Source: the human T2T-CHM13v2.0 reference genome, Homo sapiens. Taken from it: a stretch of 64,000 nt of DNA. The first letter of the stretch is position 1. Each line of letters opens with the position of its first letter. The notes under the pieces are model-generated. The model saw only the letters and a program-made list of their open reading frames with translations. It was not told the DNA's origin and did not search any database. The position numbers and the translations under genes are program-made. Of this stretch, positions 27,701 to 41,000 are shown one piece after another. The DNA lies in assembly GCF_009914755.1 (NCBI RefSeq), contig NC_060946.1. One strand, written 5' to 3'.

Positions 27701-30700
27701 CACATCCCAAAGAAGTTTCTCAGGTTGCTTCTGTCTGGTTGCTATGTGAAGATGTTTCCTTTTTCACCATAGTCTTTAAGCCACTCTAAAATACCTGTCT
27801 GCACAATCTACAAAAAGACTGTTTCCAAACTGGCCCATATAGCATGTTTCAACTATGTGAAATGAATGCACTCATCAAAAAGGAGTTCCTCAGGATTCTC
27901 CTGTCTAGTTTTTATGTGAAGATATTTCCTTTTTCACCGTAGGCCACAAATTGCTCCAAATATCCATTTGCAGTTTCTACAAAAAGAATGTTCCCAAACT
28001 GGTCAATCAAAAGAAAGGCGCAACTCTGTGAGACGAAAGCACACATCACAAAGAAGTTTCTCGGAAAGCTTCTGTCTACATTTTATGTGAAGGTATTTCC
28101 TTTGGCACCATAGGCCTTAAACCGCTCGCAAATATAACTCCACTTATACTACCTAGAGGCTTTCTCCAGATTGCTAAATCAAAAGAAAGGTTCACCTCTG
28201 TGAGATGAATACACACATCAAAAAGAAGTTTCTCAAAATGCTTCTGTCTAGTTTTCATGGGAAGATATTTATTTTTCACCGTTGGCCCCAAACCGCTCAG
28301 AAATATCCCTTTGCAGTTTGTAGAAAAAGACTGCTTCCAAACTGCTCAATGAAAGGAAATGGCCAACTATTAGAGATGAATGGAAATGTCACAAAGAGTT
28401 TTCTCAAAAAGCTACTGTGTCGTTTTTATGTGAAGACATTGCCTTTTGCACCCTAGGCCTTAAAACTCCCTAAATACACATTCACAGATTCTACAAAAAG
28501 ACTGATTCCAAACTGCTCAATCAGAAGAAGGGTTCAATTCCGTGTGACAAACGTGCACATCACCACGAAATTTGTCAGAAAGCTTCTGTCTACTTTTTAT
28601 GTGAAGATATTTCATATTTCAACAAAGGCCATAAAGGGCTCACAAATATCCCTTCGCAGATTCTAAGAAAAGACGTTTTCCAAACTCCTCAACCAAAAGA
28701 AAGGTTTAACTCTGTGAGATGAATGGACACATCACGAAGAAGTTTCTCAGAAAGCTTCTGTCTAGTTTTTCTGTGAAGATATTTCTTTTTCACCATAGGC
28801 CTCAAGCATCTAAGAAATTTCCCTCTGCAGCTTCTACCAAAGACTGTTTCCAAACTGCTCAACTGAAAGAAAGGTTGAATTCTGTGACATGAATTCACAC
28901 ATCACAAAGAGGTTTTTCAGAAATCTCCTGTCTGGTTTTTAGGTGAAGATACTTCCTTTTTCACCACGGGCCTCAAATATCTCCAAATATCCATTTGCAG
29001 ATTCTACAGAAAAACTTTCCAAACTGCTCAATCAAAGGAAAGGTTCAACACTGTGAGATGAAGGCACACATCACCAACAAGTTTCTCAGAAACCTTCTGT
29101 CTAGTTTTTAGGTGAAGATACTTCGTATTTCACCACAGGCCATAAAGGGCTCACAAATATCCTTTTGCAGGTTCTAAAAAAAGACTGTTTCCAAACTGCC
29201 CAATCAAAGGAGAGGTTCAACTCTGAGACGTGAATGGACACATCACAAAAAATTTCTTGGAATGCTTCCGTCTAGTTCTTATGGGAAGATATTTCTCTTC
29301 CACCATAAGCCTCAAACAGATCAGAATTCTCCCTTTGCAGATTGTACGATAAGCCTCTTTCCAATCTGCTCAATCAAAAGAAAGTTTCCACTCGGTGAGG
29401 TGAATGCACACATCGCCAGGGAGTTTCTCAGAAAGCTTCTGTTTAGTTTTTACGTGAAGATATTTCGTTTTTCACCACGGGCCTCAAAAGCTCTCCAAAT
29501 ATCCATTTGCAGATTCTAGAAAAAGAGTGTTTCCGAACTCCTCAATCAAAGGAAAGTTTCAATTCTGTGAGATGAAAGCACACATCACAACGAAGTTTCT
29601 AAGAAAGCGTCTGTCTAGTTTTTATGTGAAGATACTTCACATTGCATCACAGTACTCAATGGGCTCAGAAATATCCCCTTGCAGATCCTACAAAAGGACT
29701 GTTTCAAAACTGCTCAATCCAAAGGAAGTTTCAAGTATGTGAGATGAATGCACACGTCACGAAGAAGTTCCTCAGAATGCTTCTGTCTAGTTTATATGTG
29801 AAGAAGATTCCTATTCCACCATAGGCAATAAAGGGCTCACAAATATGTTTTGCAGATTCTACAAAAAGACTGTATCCAAACTGCTCAATAAAAAGAAAGT
29901 TTTAACTCTGTTAGGTTAATGGACACATCAAAAAGTAGTTTCTCAGAAAACTTCTGTGTAGTTTTTCTGTGAAGATACTTCCTTTGTCACCATTGGCCTC
30001 AAAGCACTCCTAATATCCATTTACAGATGTCACAGGAAGAGTGTTTCCAAACTGCTCCATCGAAAGAAAGTGTTTAACTCTGTGAGGTGAAAGCACACAT
30101 CTCAAAGAAGTTTCTCCGAAAGCTTCGGTCTAGTTTTCATGTGATGATATTTCCAGTCTCACCATAGGCCTCAAAGGGTTAAGAAATATCCCTTTCCAGA
30201 TTCTAAAAGACCACCATTTCCATACTTCTCAATCAAAAGAAAGGTTACATTCTGTGAGGTTAATGCACACATCAGAATGAAGTTTCTTAGAATTCTCCTG
30301 TCTAGTTTTCATGTGAAGATATTTACTATTTCACTATAGGCTTCAAATGTCTCAAAAATATCCCTTTGCAGATTCTACAAAAATATGCTTTCCAAAGTGC
30401 TGAATTAAAAGAAACCTTCAACTCTGTCAGATGAATGGAGAGGCATCACAACGAAGTTCCTCAGAATGCTTCTGTCTAGTTTAAATGTGAAGATATTTCT
30501 TTTTCACCATAGACCTCAAAGGGCTCAGAATTAGACCTTTGCAGATTGCAGAGAAAGACTGTCTCTAAACTGCTCAAATAAAATAAAGTTTCAACACGGT
30601 GAGATGAATGCACACATCACAAAGAAGTTCCTCAGAAAGCTTCTGTCTGGTTTTTATGTGAAGATATTTCCTTTTCCACCATAGGCCTTACACCGCTCAC

Positions 30701-32000
30701 AATTATCCTTCTGCAGATACTAGAAAAAGACTGTTTCCAAACTGCTCCATCAAAAGAAAATTTCACCCATCTGAGATGAATGCACACATCATAAAGAAGT
30801 TCCTCAGAATTCTTCTGTCTAGTTTTTATGTGAAGAGGTTTCCATTTTCACCTTAGGCCACAAAGCGCTCCAAACTTCCATTTGCAGATGATACGAAAAG
30901 ACTGTTTCCAAACTGCTCAATCAAAAGAAATTTTCAACTCGGTGAGATGAAAGCACACATCACAAAAAAGTTTCTCAGAAATCTTCTGTCTCGCTTTTAT
31001 CTCAAGATAATTCCTATTTTGCCATAGGAATCAAGGGGCTCACATATATCCCTTTGCGGATTCTACAAAAGTTCTCTTTACAAACTTCTCAATCAAAAGA
31101 AACGTTCAACATTGGGAGATGAATGAACACATCCCAAAGAAGTTTCTCAGGTTGCTTCTGTCTGGTTGCTATGTGAAGATGTTTCCTTTTTCACCATAGT
31201 CTTTAAGTCACTCAAAAATACCTGTCTGCAGACTCTACAAAAAGACTGTTAAGAAACTGGCCCGTATAGCATGTTTCAACTATGTGAAATGAATGCACTC
31301 ATCAAAAAGAAGTTTCTCAGGATTCTCCTGTCTAGTTTTTATATGAAGATGTTTCCTTTTTCACCGTAGGCCACAAATTGCTCCAAATATCCTTTTGCAG
31401 ATTCCACAAAAAGAATGTTCCCAAACTGGTCAATCAAAAGAAAGGCGCAACTCTGTGAGACGAAAGGACACATCACAAACAAGTTTCTCGGAAAGCTTCT
31501 GTCTACATTTTATGTGAAGGTATTTCCTTTGGCACCATAGGCCTTAAACCGCTCGCAAATATAACTCCACTTATACTACCTAGAGACTTTCTCCAGATTG
31601 CTAAATCAAAAGAAAGGTTCAACTCTGTGAGATGAATACACACATCAAAAAGAAGTTCCTCAAAATGCTTCTGTCTAGTTTTCATGGGAAGATATTTATT
31701 TTTCACCGTTGGCCCCAAACCGCTCAGAAATATCCCTTTGCAGTTTGTAGAAAATGACTGCTTCCAAACTGCTCAATGAAAGGAAATGGCCAACTATTAG
31801 AGATGAATGGAAATGTCACAAAGAGTTTTCTCAAAAAGCTACTGTGTCGTTTTTATGTGAAGACATTTCCTTTTGCACCCTAGGCCTTAAAACTCTCTAA
31901 ATACACATTCACAGATTCTACAAAAAGAATGATTCCAAACTGCTCAATCAGAAGAAGGGTTCAATTCCGTGTGACAAACGTGCACATCACAAAGAAATTT
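21770..32000 (-). repeat. HOR haplotype block C (~3 copies, comparatively heterogeneous)
   Basis: Seen: CTATTCCACC and CTGCTCCATC in monomer 16, TACCTAGAG, CAGATTGC, CATTGGG, ATACCTGTC and CTCAACCAAA. The block-B deletion is absent. Confidence 0.8.
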
Positions 32001-35000
32001 GTCAGAAAGCTTCTGTCTACTTTTTATGTGAAGATATTTCATATTTCAACAAAGGCCATAAAGGGCTCACAAATATCCCTTCGCAGATTCTAAGAAAAGA
32101 CGTTTTCCAAACTCCTCAACCAAAAGAAAGGTTTAACTCTGTGCGATGAATGGACACATCACAAAGAAGTTTCTCAGAAAGCTTCTGTCTACTTTTTATG
32201 TGAGGCTATTTCTTGTTCACCATAGGCCTCAAGCAGCTAAGAAATTACCCTCTGCAGCTTCTACAAAAGACTGGTTCCAAACTGCTCAACTGAAAGGAAG
32301 GTTGAATTCTGTGACATGAATTCACACATCACAAAGAGGTTTTTCAGAAATCTTCTGTCTAGTTTTTATGTGAAGATACTTCCTTTTTCACCAAGGGCCT
32401 CAAATATCTCCAAATATCCATTTGCATATTCTACAGAAAGACTTCCCAAACTGCTCAATCAAAAGAAAGGTTCAACACAGTGAGATGAAGGCACATATCA
32501 CAAAGAAGTTTCTCAGAAATCTCCTGTCTAGTTTTTATGTGAAGATATTTCGTATTTCACCACAAGCCATAAGGGGCTCACAAAAATCCCTTTGCAGGTT
32601 CTACAAAAAGACTGTTTAAAAACTGCTCAATCAAAGGAAAGGTTCAACTCTGTGACGTGAATGGACACATCACAAACAATTTCTTGGAATGATTCCGTCT
32701 AGTTTTTATGGGAAGAGGTTTCTCTTTCACCATAAGCCTCAAACGGATCAGAATTCTCCCTTTGCAGATTGTACAATAAGCCTCTTTCCAATCTGCTCAA
32801 TCAAAAGAAAGTTTCAACTCTGTGAGGTGAATGCACACATCACAAGGGAGTTTCTCAGAAAGCTTCTGTTTAGTTTTTACGTGAAGATGTTTCGTTTTTC
32901 AACATGGGCCTCAGAAGCTCTCCAAATATCCATTTGCAGATTCTAGAAAAAGAGTGTTTCCAAACTCCTCAATCAAAAGAAAGTTTCAATTCCGTGAGAT
33001 GAAAGCACACATCACAACGAAGTTTCTTAGAAAGCTTCTGTCTAGTTTTTATGTGAAGATACTTCACAGTGCATCATAGTACTCAATGGGCTCAGAAATA
33101 TCCCTTGGCAGATTCTACAAAAGGACTGTTTCAAAACTGCTCAATCCAAAGAAAGTTTCAACTATGTGTGATGAATGCACACATCACAAAGAAGTTCCTC
33201 AGAATGCTTCTGTCTAGTTTATATGTGAAGAAGATTCCTATATCACCATAGGCAATAAAGGGCTCCCAAATACTTTTTGCAGATTCTACAAAAAGACTGT
33301 ATCCAAACTGCTCAATAAAAAGAAAGTTTTAACTCTGTTAGATTAATGGACACATCAAAAAGTAGTTTCTCAGAAAACTTCTGTTTAGTTTTTATGTGAA
33401 GATATTTCCTTTGTCACCATTGGCCTCAAAGCACTCCTAATATCCATTTACAGATTTCACAAAAAGAGTGTTTCCAAACAGCTCAATCAAAAGAAAGTGT
33501 TTAACTCTGTGAGGTGAAAGCACACATGTCAAAGAAGTTTCTCCGAAAGCTTCGGTCTACTTTTCATGTGAAGATATTTCCAGTTTCACCGTAGGCCTCA
33601 AAAGGCTAAGAAATATCCCTTTCCAGATTCTAAAAGACGACCGTTTCCATACTTCTCAATCAAAAGAAAGGTTAAATTCTCTGAGGTTAATGCCCACGTC
33701 AGAATGAAGTTTCTCAGAATTCTCCTGTCTAGTTTCTATGTGAAGATATTTACTATTTCACTATAGGCTTCAAAGGTCTCAAAAATATCCCTTTGCAGAT
33801 TCTACAAAAATATGCTTTCCAAAGTGCTGAATTAAAAGAAACCTTCAAATCTGTCAGATGAATAGAGACATCACAAAGAAGTTCCTCGGAATGCTTCTGT
33901 CTAGTTTAAATGTGAAGATATTTCTCTTTCACCACAGACCTCAAATGGCTCAGAAATATGCCTTTGCAGATTGCAGAAAAAGACTCTCTCTAAACTGCTC
34001 AAATAAAATAAAGTTTCAACACTGTGAGATGAATGCACACATCACAGAGTAGTTTCTCAGAAAGCTTCTCTCTAGTTTTTATGTGAAGATATCTCCTTTT
34101 TCAGCGTAGTCCTTACACCGCTCACAAATATCCTTCTGCAGATACTAGAAAAAGACTGTTTCCAAACTGCTCCATCAAAAGAAAATTTCACCTACCTGAG
34201 ATGAAGGCACACATCATAAAGAAGTTTCTCAGAATTCTTCTGTCTAGATTTTATGTGAAGATATTTCCCTTTTCACCTTAGGCCACAAAGCGCTCGAAAC
34301 ATCCCTTTGCAGATGATACGAAAAGACTGTTCCCAAACTGCTCAATCAAAAGAACTTTTCAACTCTGTGAGATGAAAGCACCCATCACAAGAAAGTTTCT
34401 CAGAATTCTTCTGTCTAGTTTTTATCTCAAGATAATTCCTAGTTTGCCATAGGAATCAAGGGGCTCACAAATATCCCTTTGCATATTCTACAAAAGTTCT
34501 GTTTACAAACCTCTCAATCAAAAAAACGTTCAACATTGTGAGATGAATGAACACATCACAAAGAAGTTTCTCAGAATGCTTCTGTCTGGTTACTCTGTGA
34601 AGATATTTCTTTTTTCACCACAGGCTTTAAGCCACTCAAAAATATCTGTCTGCAGACACTACAAAAAGACTGTTTCCAAACTGGCCCATATAGCATGTTA
34701 CAACTATGTGAATTGAATGCACTCATCAAAGAGAAGTTTCTCAGAATTATTCTGTCTAGTTTTTATGTGAAGATATTTCCTTCTTCACCGTAGGCCGCAA
34801 ATTGTTCCAAATATCCATTTGCGGATTCTACAGAAAGAATGTTTCCAAACTGGTCAATCAACAGAAAGGCTCAACTCTGTGAGACGAAAGCACACATCAC
34901 AAAGAAGTTTCTCAGAAAGCTTCTGTCTACATTTTATGTGAAGGTATTTCCTTTGGCACCGTAGGCCTTAAACCACTCACAAACATAACTCCGCTTATAC

Positions 35001-38000
35001 TACCAAGAGACTTTCTCCAAATTGCTAAATCAAAAGAAACGTTCAACTCTGTGAGATGAATACACACATCAAAAAGAAGTTTCTCAAAATGCTTCTGTCT
35101 AGTTTTCATGTGAAGATTTTTATTTTTCACCATTGGCCACAAACGGCTCAGAAATATCCCTTTGCAGTTTGTAGGAAAAGACTGTTTCCAAACTGCTCAA
35201 TGAAAAGAAATGGTCAACTATTAGAGATGAATGGAAATGTCACAAAGAGTTTTCTCAAAAAGCTACTGTGTCGTTTTTATGTGAAGACGTTTCCTTTTTC
35301 ACTCTAGGCCTGAAAACTCTCTAAATATACATTCACAGATTCTACAAAAAGACTGATTCCAAACTGCTCAATCAGAAGAAAGGTTCAATTCCGTGTGACA
35401 AACGTGCACATCACAAAGAAATTTGTCAGAAAGCTTCTGTCTGCTTTTTATGTGAAGATATTTCATATTTCAACAAAGGCCATAAAGGGCTCACAAATAT
35501 CCCTTTGCAGATTCTAAGAAAAGACATTTTCAAACTCCTCAATCAAAAGAAAGGTTTCACTCTGTGCGATGAATGGACACATCACAAAGAATTTTCTCAG
35601 AAAGCTTCTGTCTACTTTTTATGTGAGGCTATTTCTTGTTCACCATAGGCCTCAAGCAGCTAAGAAATTTCCCTCTGCAGCTTCTACAAAACACTGGTTC
35701 CAAACTGCTCAACTGAAAGGAAGGTTGAATTCTGTGACATGAATTCACACATCACAAAGAGGTTTTTCAGAAATCTTCTGTCTAGTTTTTATGTGAAGAT
35801 ACTTCCTTTTTCACCAAGGGCCTCAAATATCTCCCAATATCCATTTGCAGATTCTACAGAAAGACTTCCCAAACTGCTCAATCAAAAGAAAGGTTCAACA
35901 CAGTGAGACGAAGGCACACATCACAAAGAAGTTTCTCAGAAATCTCCTGTCTAGTTTTTATGTGAAGATATTTCGTATTTCACCACAGGCCATAAGGGGC
36001 TCACAAAAATCCCTTTGCAGGTTCTACAAAAAGAGTGTTTCCAAACTGCTCAATCAAAAGAAAGGTTCAACACTGTGACGTGAATGGACACATCACAAAC
36101 AATTTCTTGGAATGATTCCGTCTAGTTTTTATGGGAAGATGTTTCTCTTTCACCATTAGCCTCAAACGGATCAGAATTCTCCCTTTGCAGATTGTACAAT
36201 AAGCCTCTTTCCAATCTGCTCAATCAAAAGAAAGTTTCAACTCTGTGAGGTGAATGCACACATCACAAGGGAGTTTCTCAGAAAGCTTCTGTTTAGTTTT
36301 TACGTGAAGATGTTTCGTTTTTCAACATGGGCCTCAAAAGCTCTCCAATTATCCATTTGCAGATTCTAGAAAAAGAGGGTTTCCAAACTCCTCAATCAAA
36401 AGAAAGTTTCAATTCTGTGAGATGAAAGCACACATCACAACGAAGTTTCTTAGAAAGCTTCTGTCTAGTTTTTATGTGAAGATACTTCACATTGCAGCAT
36501 AGTACTCAATGGGCTCAGAAATATCCCTTGGCAGATTCTACAAAAGGACTGTTTCAAAACTGCTCAATCCAAAGAAAGTTTCAACTATGTGAGATGAATG
36601 CACACATCACAAGGAAGTTCCTCAGAATGCTTCTGTCTAGTTTATATGTGAAGAAGATTCCTATTTCACCATAGGCAATAAAGGTCTCACAAATATTTTT
36701 TGCAGATTCTACAAAAAGACTGTATCCAAACTGCTCAATAAAAAGAAAGTTTCAACTCTGTTAGATTAATGGACACATCGAAAAGTAGTTTCTCAGAAAA
36801 CTTCTGTGTAGTTTTTATGTGAAGATATTTCCTTTGTCACCATTGGTCTCAAAGCACTCCTAATATCCATTTACAGATTTCACAAAAAGAGTGTTTCCAA
36901 ACAGCTCAATCAAAAGAAAGTGTTTAACTCTGTGAGGTGAAAGCACACATCTCAAAGAAGTTTCTCCGAAAGCTTCGGTCTACTTTTCCTGTGAAGATAT
37001 TTCCAGTTTCACCGTAGGCCTCAAAGGGCTAAGAAATATCCCTTTCCAGATTCTAAAAGACGACCGTTTCCATACTTGTCAATCAAAAGAAAGGTTAAAT
37101 TCTCTGAGGTTAATGCGCACATCAGAATGAAGTTTCTCAGAATTCTCCTGTCTAGTTTCTGTGTGAAGATATTTACTATTTCACTATAGGCTTCAAAGGT
37201 CCCAAAAATATCCCTTTGCAGATTCTACAAAAATATGGTTTCCACAGTGCTGAATTGAAAGAAACCTTCAACTCTGTCAGATGAATGGAGACATCACAAA
37301 GAAGTTCCCCGGAATGCTTCTGTCTAGTTTAAATGTGAAGATAATCCTTTTTCACCACAGACCTCAAATGGCTCAGAAATATACCTTTGCAGATTGCAGA
37401 AAGAGACTGTCTCTAAACTGCTCAAATAAAATAAAGTTTCAACACTGTGAGATGAATGCACACATCACAAAGAAGTTTCTCAGAAAGCTTCTGTCTAGTT
37501 TTTATGTGAAGATATTTCCTTTTTCACCATAGTCCTTACACCGCTCACAAATATCCTTCTGCAGATACTAGAAAAAGACTGTTTCCAAACTGCTCCATCA
37601 AAAGAAAATTTCGCCTACCTGAGATGAATGCACACATCATAAAGAAGTTTCTCAGAATTCTTCTGTCTAGATTTTATGTGAAGATATTTCCATTTTCACC
37701 TTAGGCCACAAAGCGCTCCAAACATCCCTTTGCAGATGATACGAAAAGACTGTTTCCAAACTGCTCAATCAAAAGAAATTTTCAACTCTGTGAGATGAAA
37801 GCACTCATCACAAAAAAGTTTCTCAGAAATCTTCTGTCTAGTTTTTATCTCAAGATAATTCCTATTTTGCCATAGGAATCAAGGGGCTCACAAATATCCC
37901 TTTGCAGATTCTACAAAAGTTCTGTTTACAAACCTCTCAATCAAAAGAAACGTTCAACATTGTGAGATGAATGAACACATCACAAAGAAGTTTCTCAGAA

Positions 38001-41000
38001 TGCTTCTGTCTGGTTACTCTGTGAAGATATTTCTTTTTTCACCACAGTCTTTAAGCCACTCAAAAATATCTGTCTGCAGACACTACAAAAAGACTGTTTC
38101 CAAACTGGCCCATATAGCATGTTTCAACTATGTGAAATGAATGCACTCATCAAAGAGAAGTTTCTCCGAATTCTTCTGTCTAGTTTTTATGTGAAGATAT
38201 TTCCTTCTTCACCGTAGGCCGCAAATTGTTCCAGATATCCATTTGCGGATTCTACAAAAAGAATGTTTCCAAACTGGTCAATCAACAGAAAGGCTCAACT
38301 CTGTGAGACGAAAGCACACATCACAAAGAAGTTTCTCAGAAAGCTTCTGTCTACATTTTATGTGAAGGTATTTCCTTTGGCACCGTAGGCCTTAAACCAC
38401 TCACAAACATAACTCTGCTTATACTACCAAGAGACTTTCTCCAAATTGCTAAATCAAAAGAAACGTTCAACTCTGTGAGATGAATACACACATCAAAAAG
38501 AAGTTTCTCAAAATGCTTCTGTCTAGTTTTCATGTGAAGATATTTATTTTTCACCATTGGCCCCAAACGGCTCAGAAATATCCCTTTGCAGTTTGTAGGA
38601 AAAGACTGTTTCCAAACTGCTCAATGAAAAGAAATGGTCAACTATTAGCGATGAATGGAAATGTCACAAAGAGTTTTCTCAAAAAGCTACTGCGTCGTTT
38701 TTATGTGAAGACGTTTCCTTTTTCACTCTAGGCCTTAAAACTCTCTAAATATACATTCACAGATTCTACAAAAAGACTGATTCCAAACTGCTCAATCAGA
38801 AGAAAGGTTCAGTTCCGTGTGACAAACGTGCACATCACAAAGAAATTTGTCAGAAAGCTTCTGTCTACTTTTTATGTGAAGATATTTCATATTTCAACAA
38901 AGGCCATAAAGGGCTCACAGATATCCCTTTGCAGATTCTAAGAAAAGACATTTTCCAAGCTCCTCAATCAAAAGAAAGGTTTCACTCTGTGCGATGAATG
39001 GACACATCACAAAGAAGTTTCTCAGAAAGCTTCTGTCTAGTTTTTATGTGAGGCTATTTCTTGTTCACCATAGGCCTCAAGCAGCTAAGAAATTTCCCTC
39101 TGCAGCTTCTACAAAAGACTGTTTCCAAACTGCTCAACTGAAAGAAAGGTTGAATTCTGTGACATGAATTCACACATCACAAAGAGGTTTTTCAGAAATC
39201 TTCTGTCTAGATTTTATGTGAAGATACTTCCTTTTTCACCACGGGCCTCAAATATCTCCAAATATCCATTTGCAGATTCTACAGAAAGACTTCCCAAACT
39301 GCTCAATCAAAAGAAAGGTTCAACACAGTGAGATGAAGGCACACATCACAAAGAAGTTTCTCAGAAATCTCCTGTCTAGTTTTTATGTGAAGATATTTCG
39401 TATTCCACCACAGGCCATAAGGGGCTCACAAATATCCCTTTGCAGGTTCCACAAAAAGACTGTTGCCAAACTGCTCAATCAAAAGAAAGGTTCAACTCTG
39501 TGACGTGAATGGACACATCACAAACAATTTCTTGGAATGATTCCGTCTAGTTTTTATGGGAAGATGTTTCTCTTTCACCATTAGCCTCAAACGGATCAGA
39601 ATTCTCCCTTTGCAGATTGTACAATAAGCCTCTTTCCAATCTGCTCAATCAAAAGAAAGTTTCAACTCTGTGAGGTGAATGCACACATCACAAGGGAGTT
39701 TCTCAGAAAGCTTCTGTTTAGTTTTTACGTGAAGATGTTTCGTTTTTCAACATGGGCCTCAAAAGCTCTCCAATTATCCATTTGCAGATTCTAGAAAAAG
39801 AGGGTTTCCAAACTCCTCAATCAAAAGAAAGTTTCAATTCTGTGAGATGAAAGCACACATCACAACGAAGTTTCTTAGAAAGCTTCTGTCTAGTTTTTAT
39901 GTGAAGATACTTCACATTGCAGCATAGTACTCAATGGGCTCAGAAATATCCCTTGGCAGATTCTACAAAAGGACTGTTTCAAAACTGCTCAATCCAAAGA
40001 AAGTTTCAACTATGTGAGATGAATGCACACATCACAAGGAAGTTCCTCAGAATGCTTCTGTCTAGTTTATATGTGAAGAAGATTCCTATTTCACCATAGG
40101 CAATAAAGGTCTCACAAATATTTTTTGCAGATTCTACAAAAAGACTGTATCCAAACTGCTCAATAAAAAGAAAGTTTCAACTCTGTTAGATTAATGGACA
40201 CATCGAAAAGTAGTTTCTCAGAAAACTTCTGTGTAGTTTTTATGTGAAGATATTTCCTTTGTCACCATTGGCCTCAAAGCACTCCTAATATCCATTTACA
40301 GATTTCACAAAAAGAGTGTTTCCAAACAGCTCAATCAAAAGAAAGTGTTTAACTCTGTGAGGTGAAAGCACACATCTCAAAGAAGTTTCTCCGAAAGCTT
40401 CGGTCTACTTTTCCTGTGAAGATATTTCCAGTTTCACCGTAGGCCTCAAAGGGCTAAGAAATATCCCTTTCCAGATTCTAAAAGACGACCGTTTCCATAC
40501 TTGTCAATCAAAAGAAAGGTTAAATTCTCTGAGGTTAATGCGCACATCAGAATGAAGTTTCTCAGAATTCTCCTGTCTAGTTTCTGTGTGAAGATATTTA
40601 CTATTTCACTATAGGCTTCAAAGGTCCCAAAAATATCCCTTTGCAGATTCTACAAAAATATGGTTTCCACAGTGCTGAATTGAAAGAAACCTTCAACTCT
40701 GTCAGATGAATGGAGACATCACAAAGAAGTTCCCCGGAATGCTTCTGTCTAGTTTAAATGTGAAGATAATCCTTTTTCACCACAGACCTCAAATGGCTCA
40801 GAAATATACCTTTGCAGATTGCAGAAAGAGACTGTCTCTAAACTGCTCAAATAAAATAAAGTTTCAACACTGTGAGATGAATGCACACATCACAAAGAAG
40901 TTTCTCAGAAAGCTTCTGTCTAGTTTTTATGTGAAGATATTTCCTTTTTCACCATAGTCCTTACACCGCTCACAAATATCCTTCTGCAGATACTAGAAAA

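Noticed and set aside
31261-31275. CCCG-containing sites as reverse-strand CENP-B boxes (also CCCCGGAA in lineage D and CACCCGTAG at ~41810)
   Set aside because: None is followed by CGAA at the required spacing.
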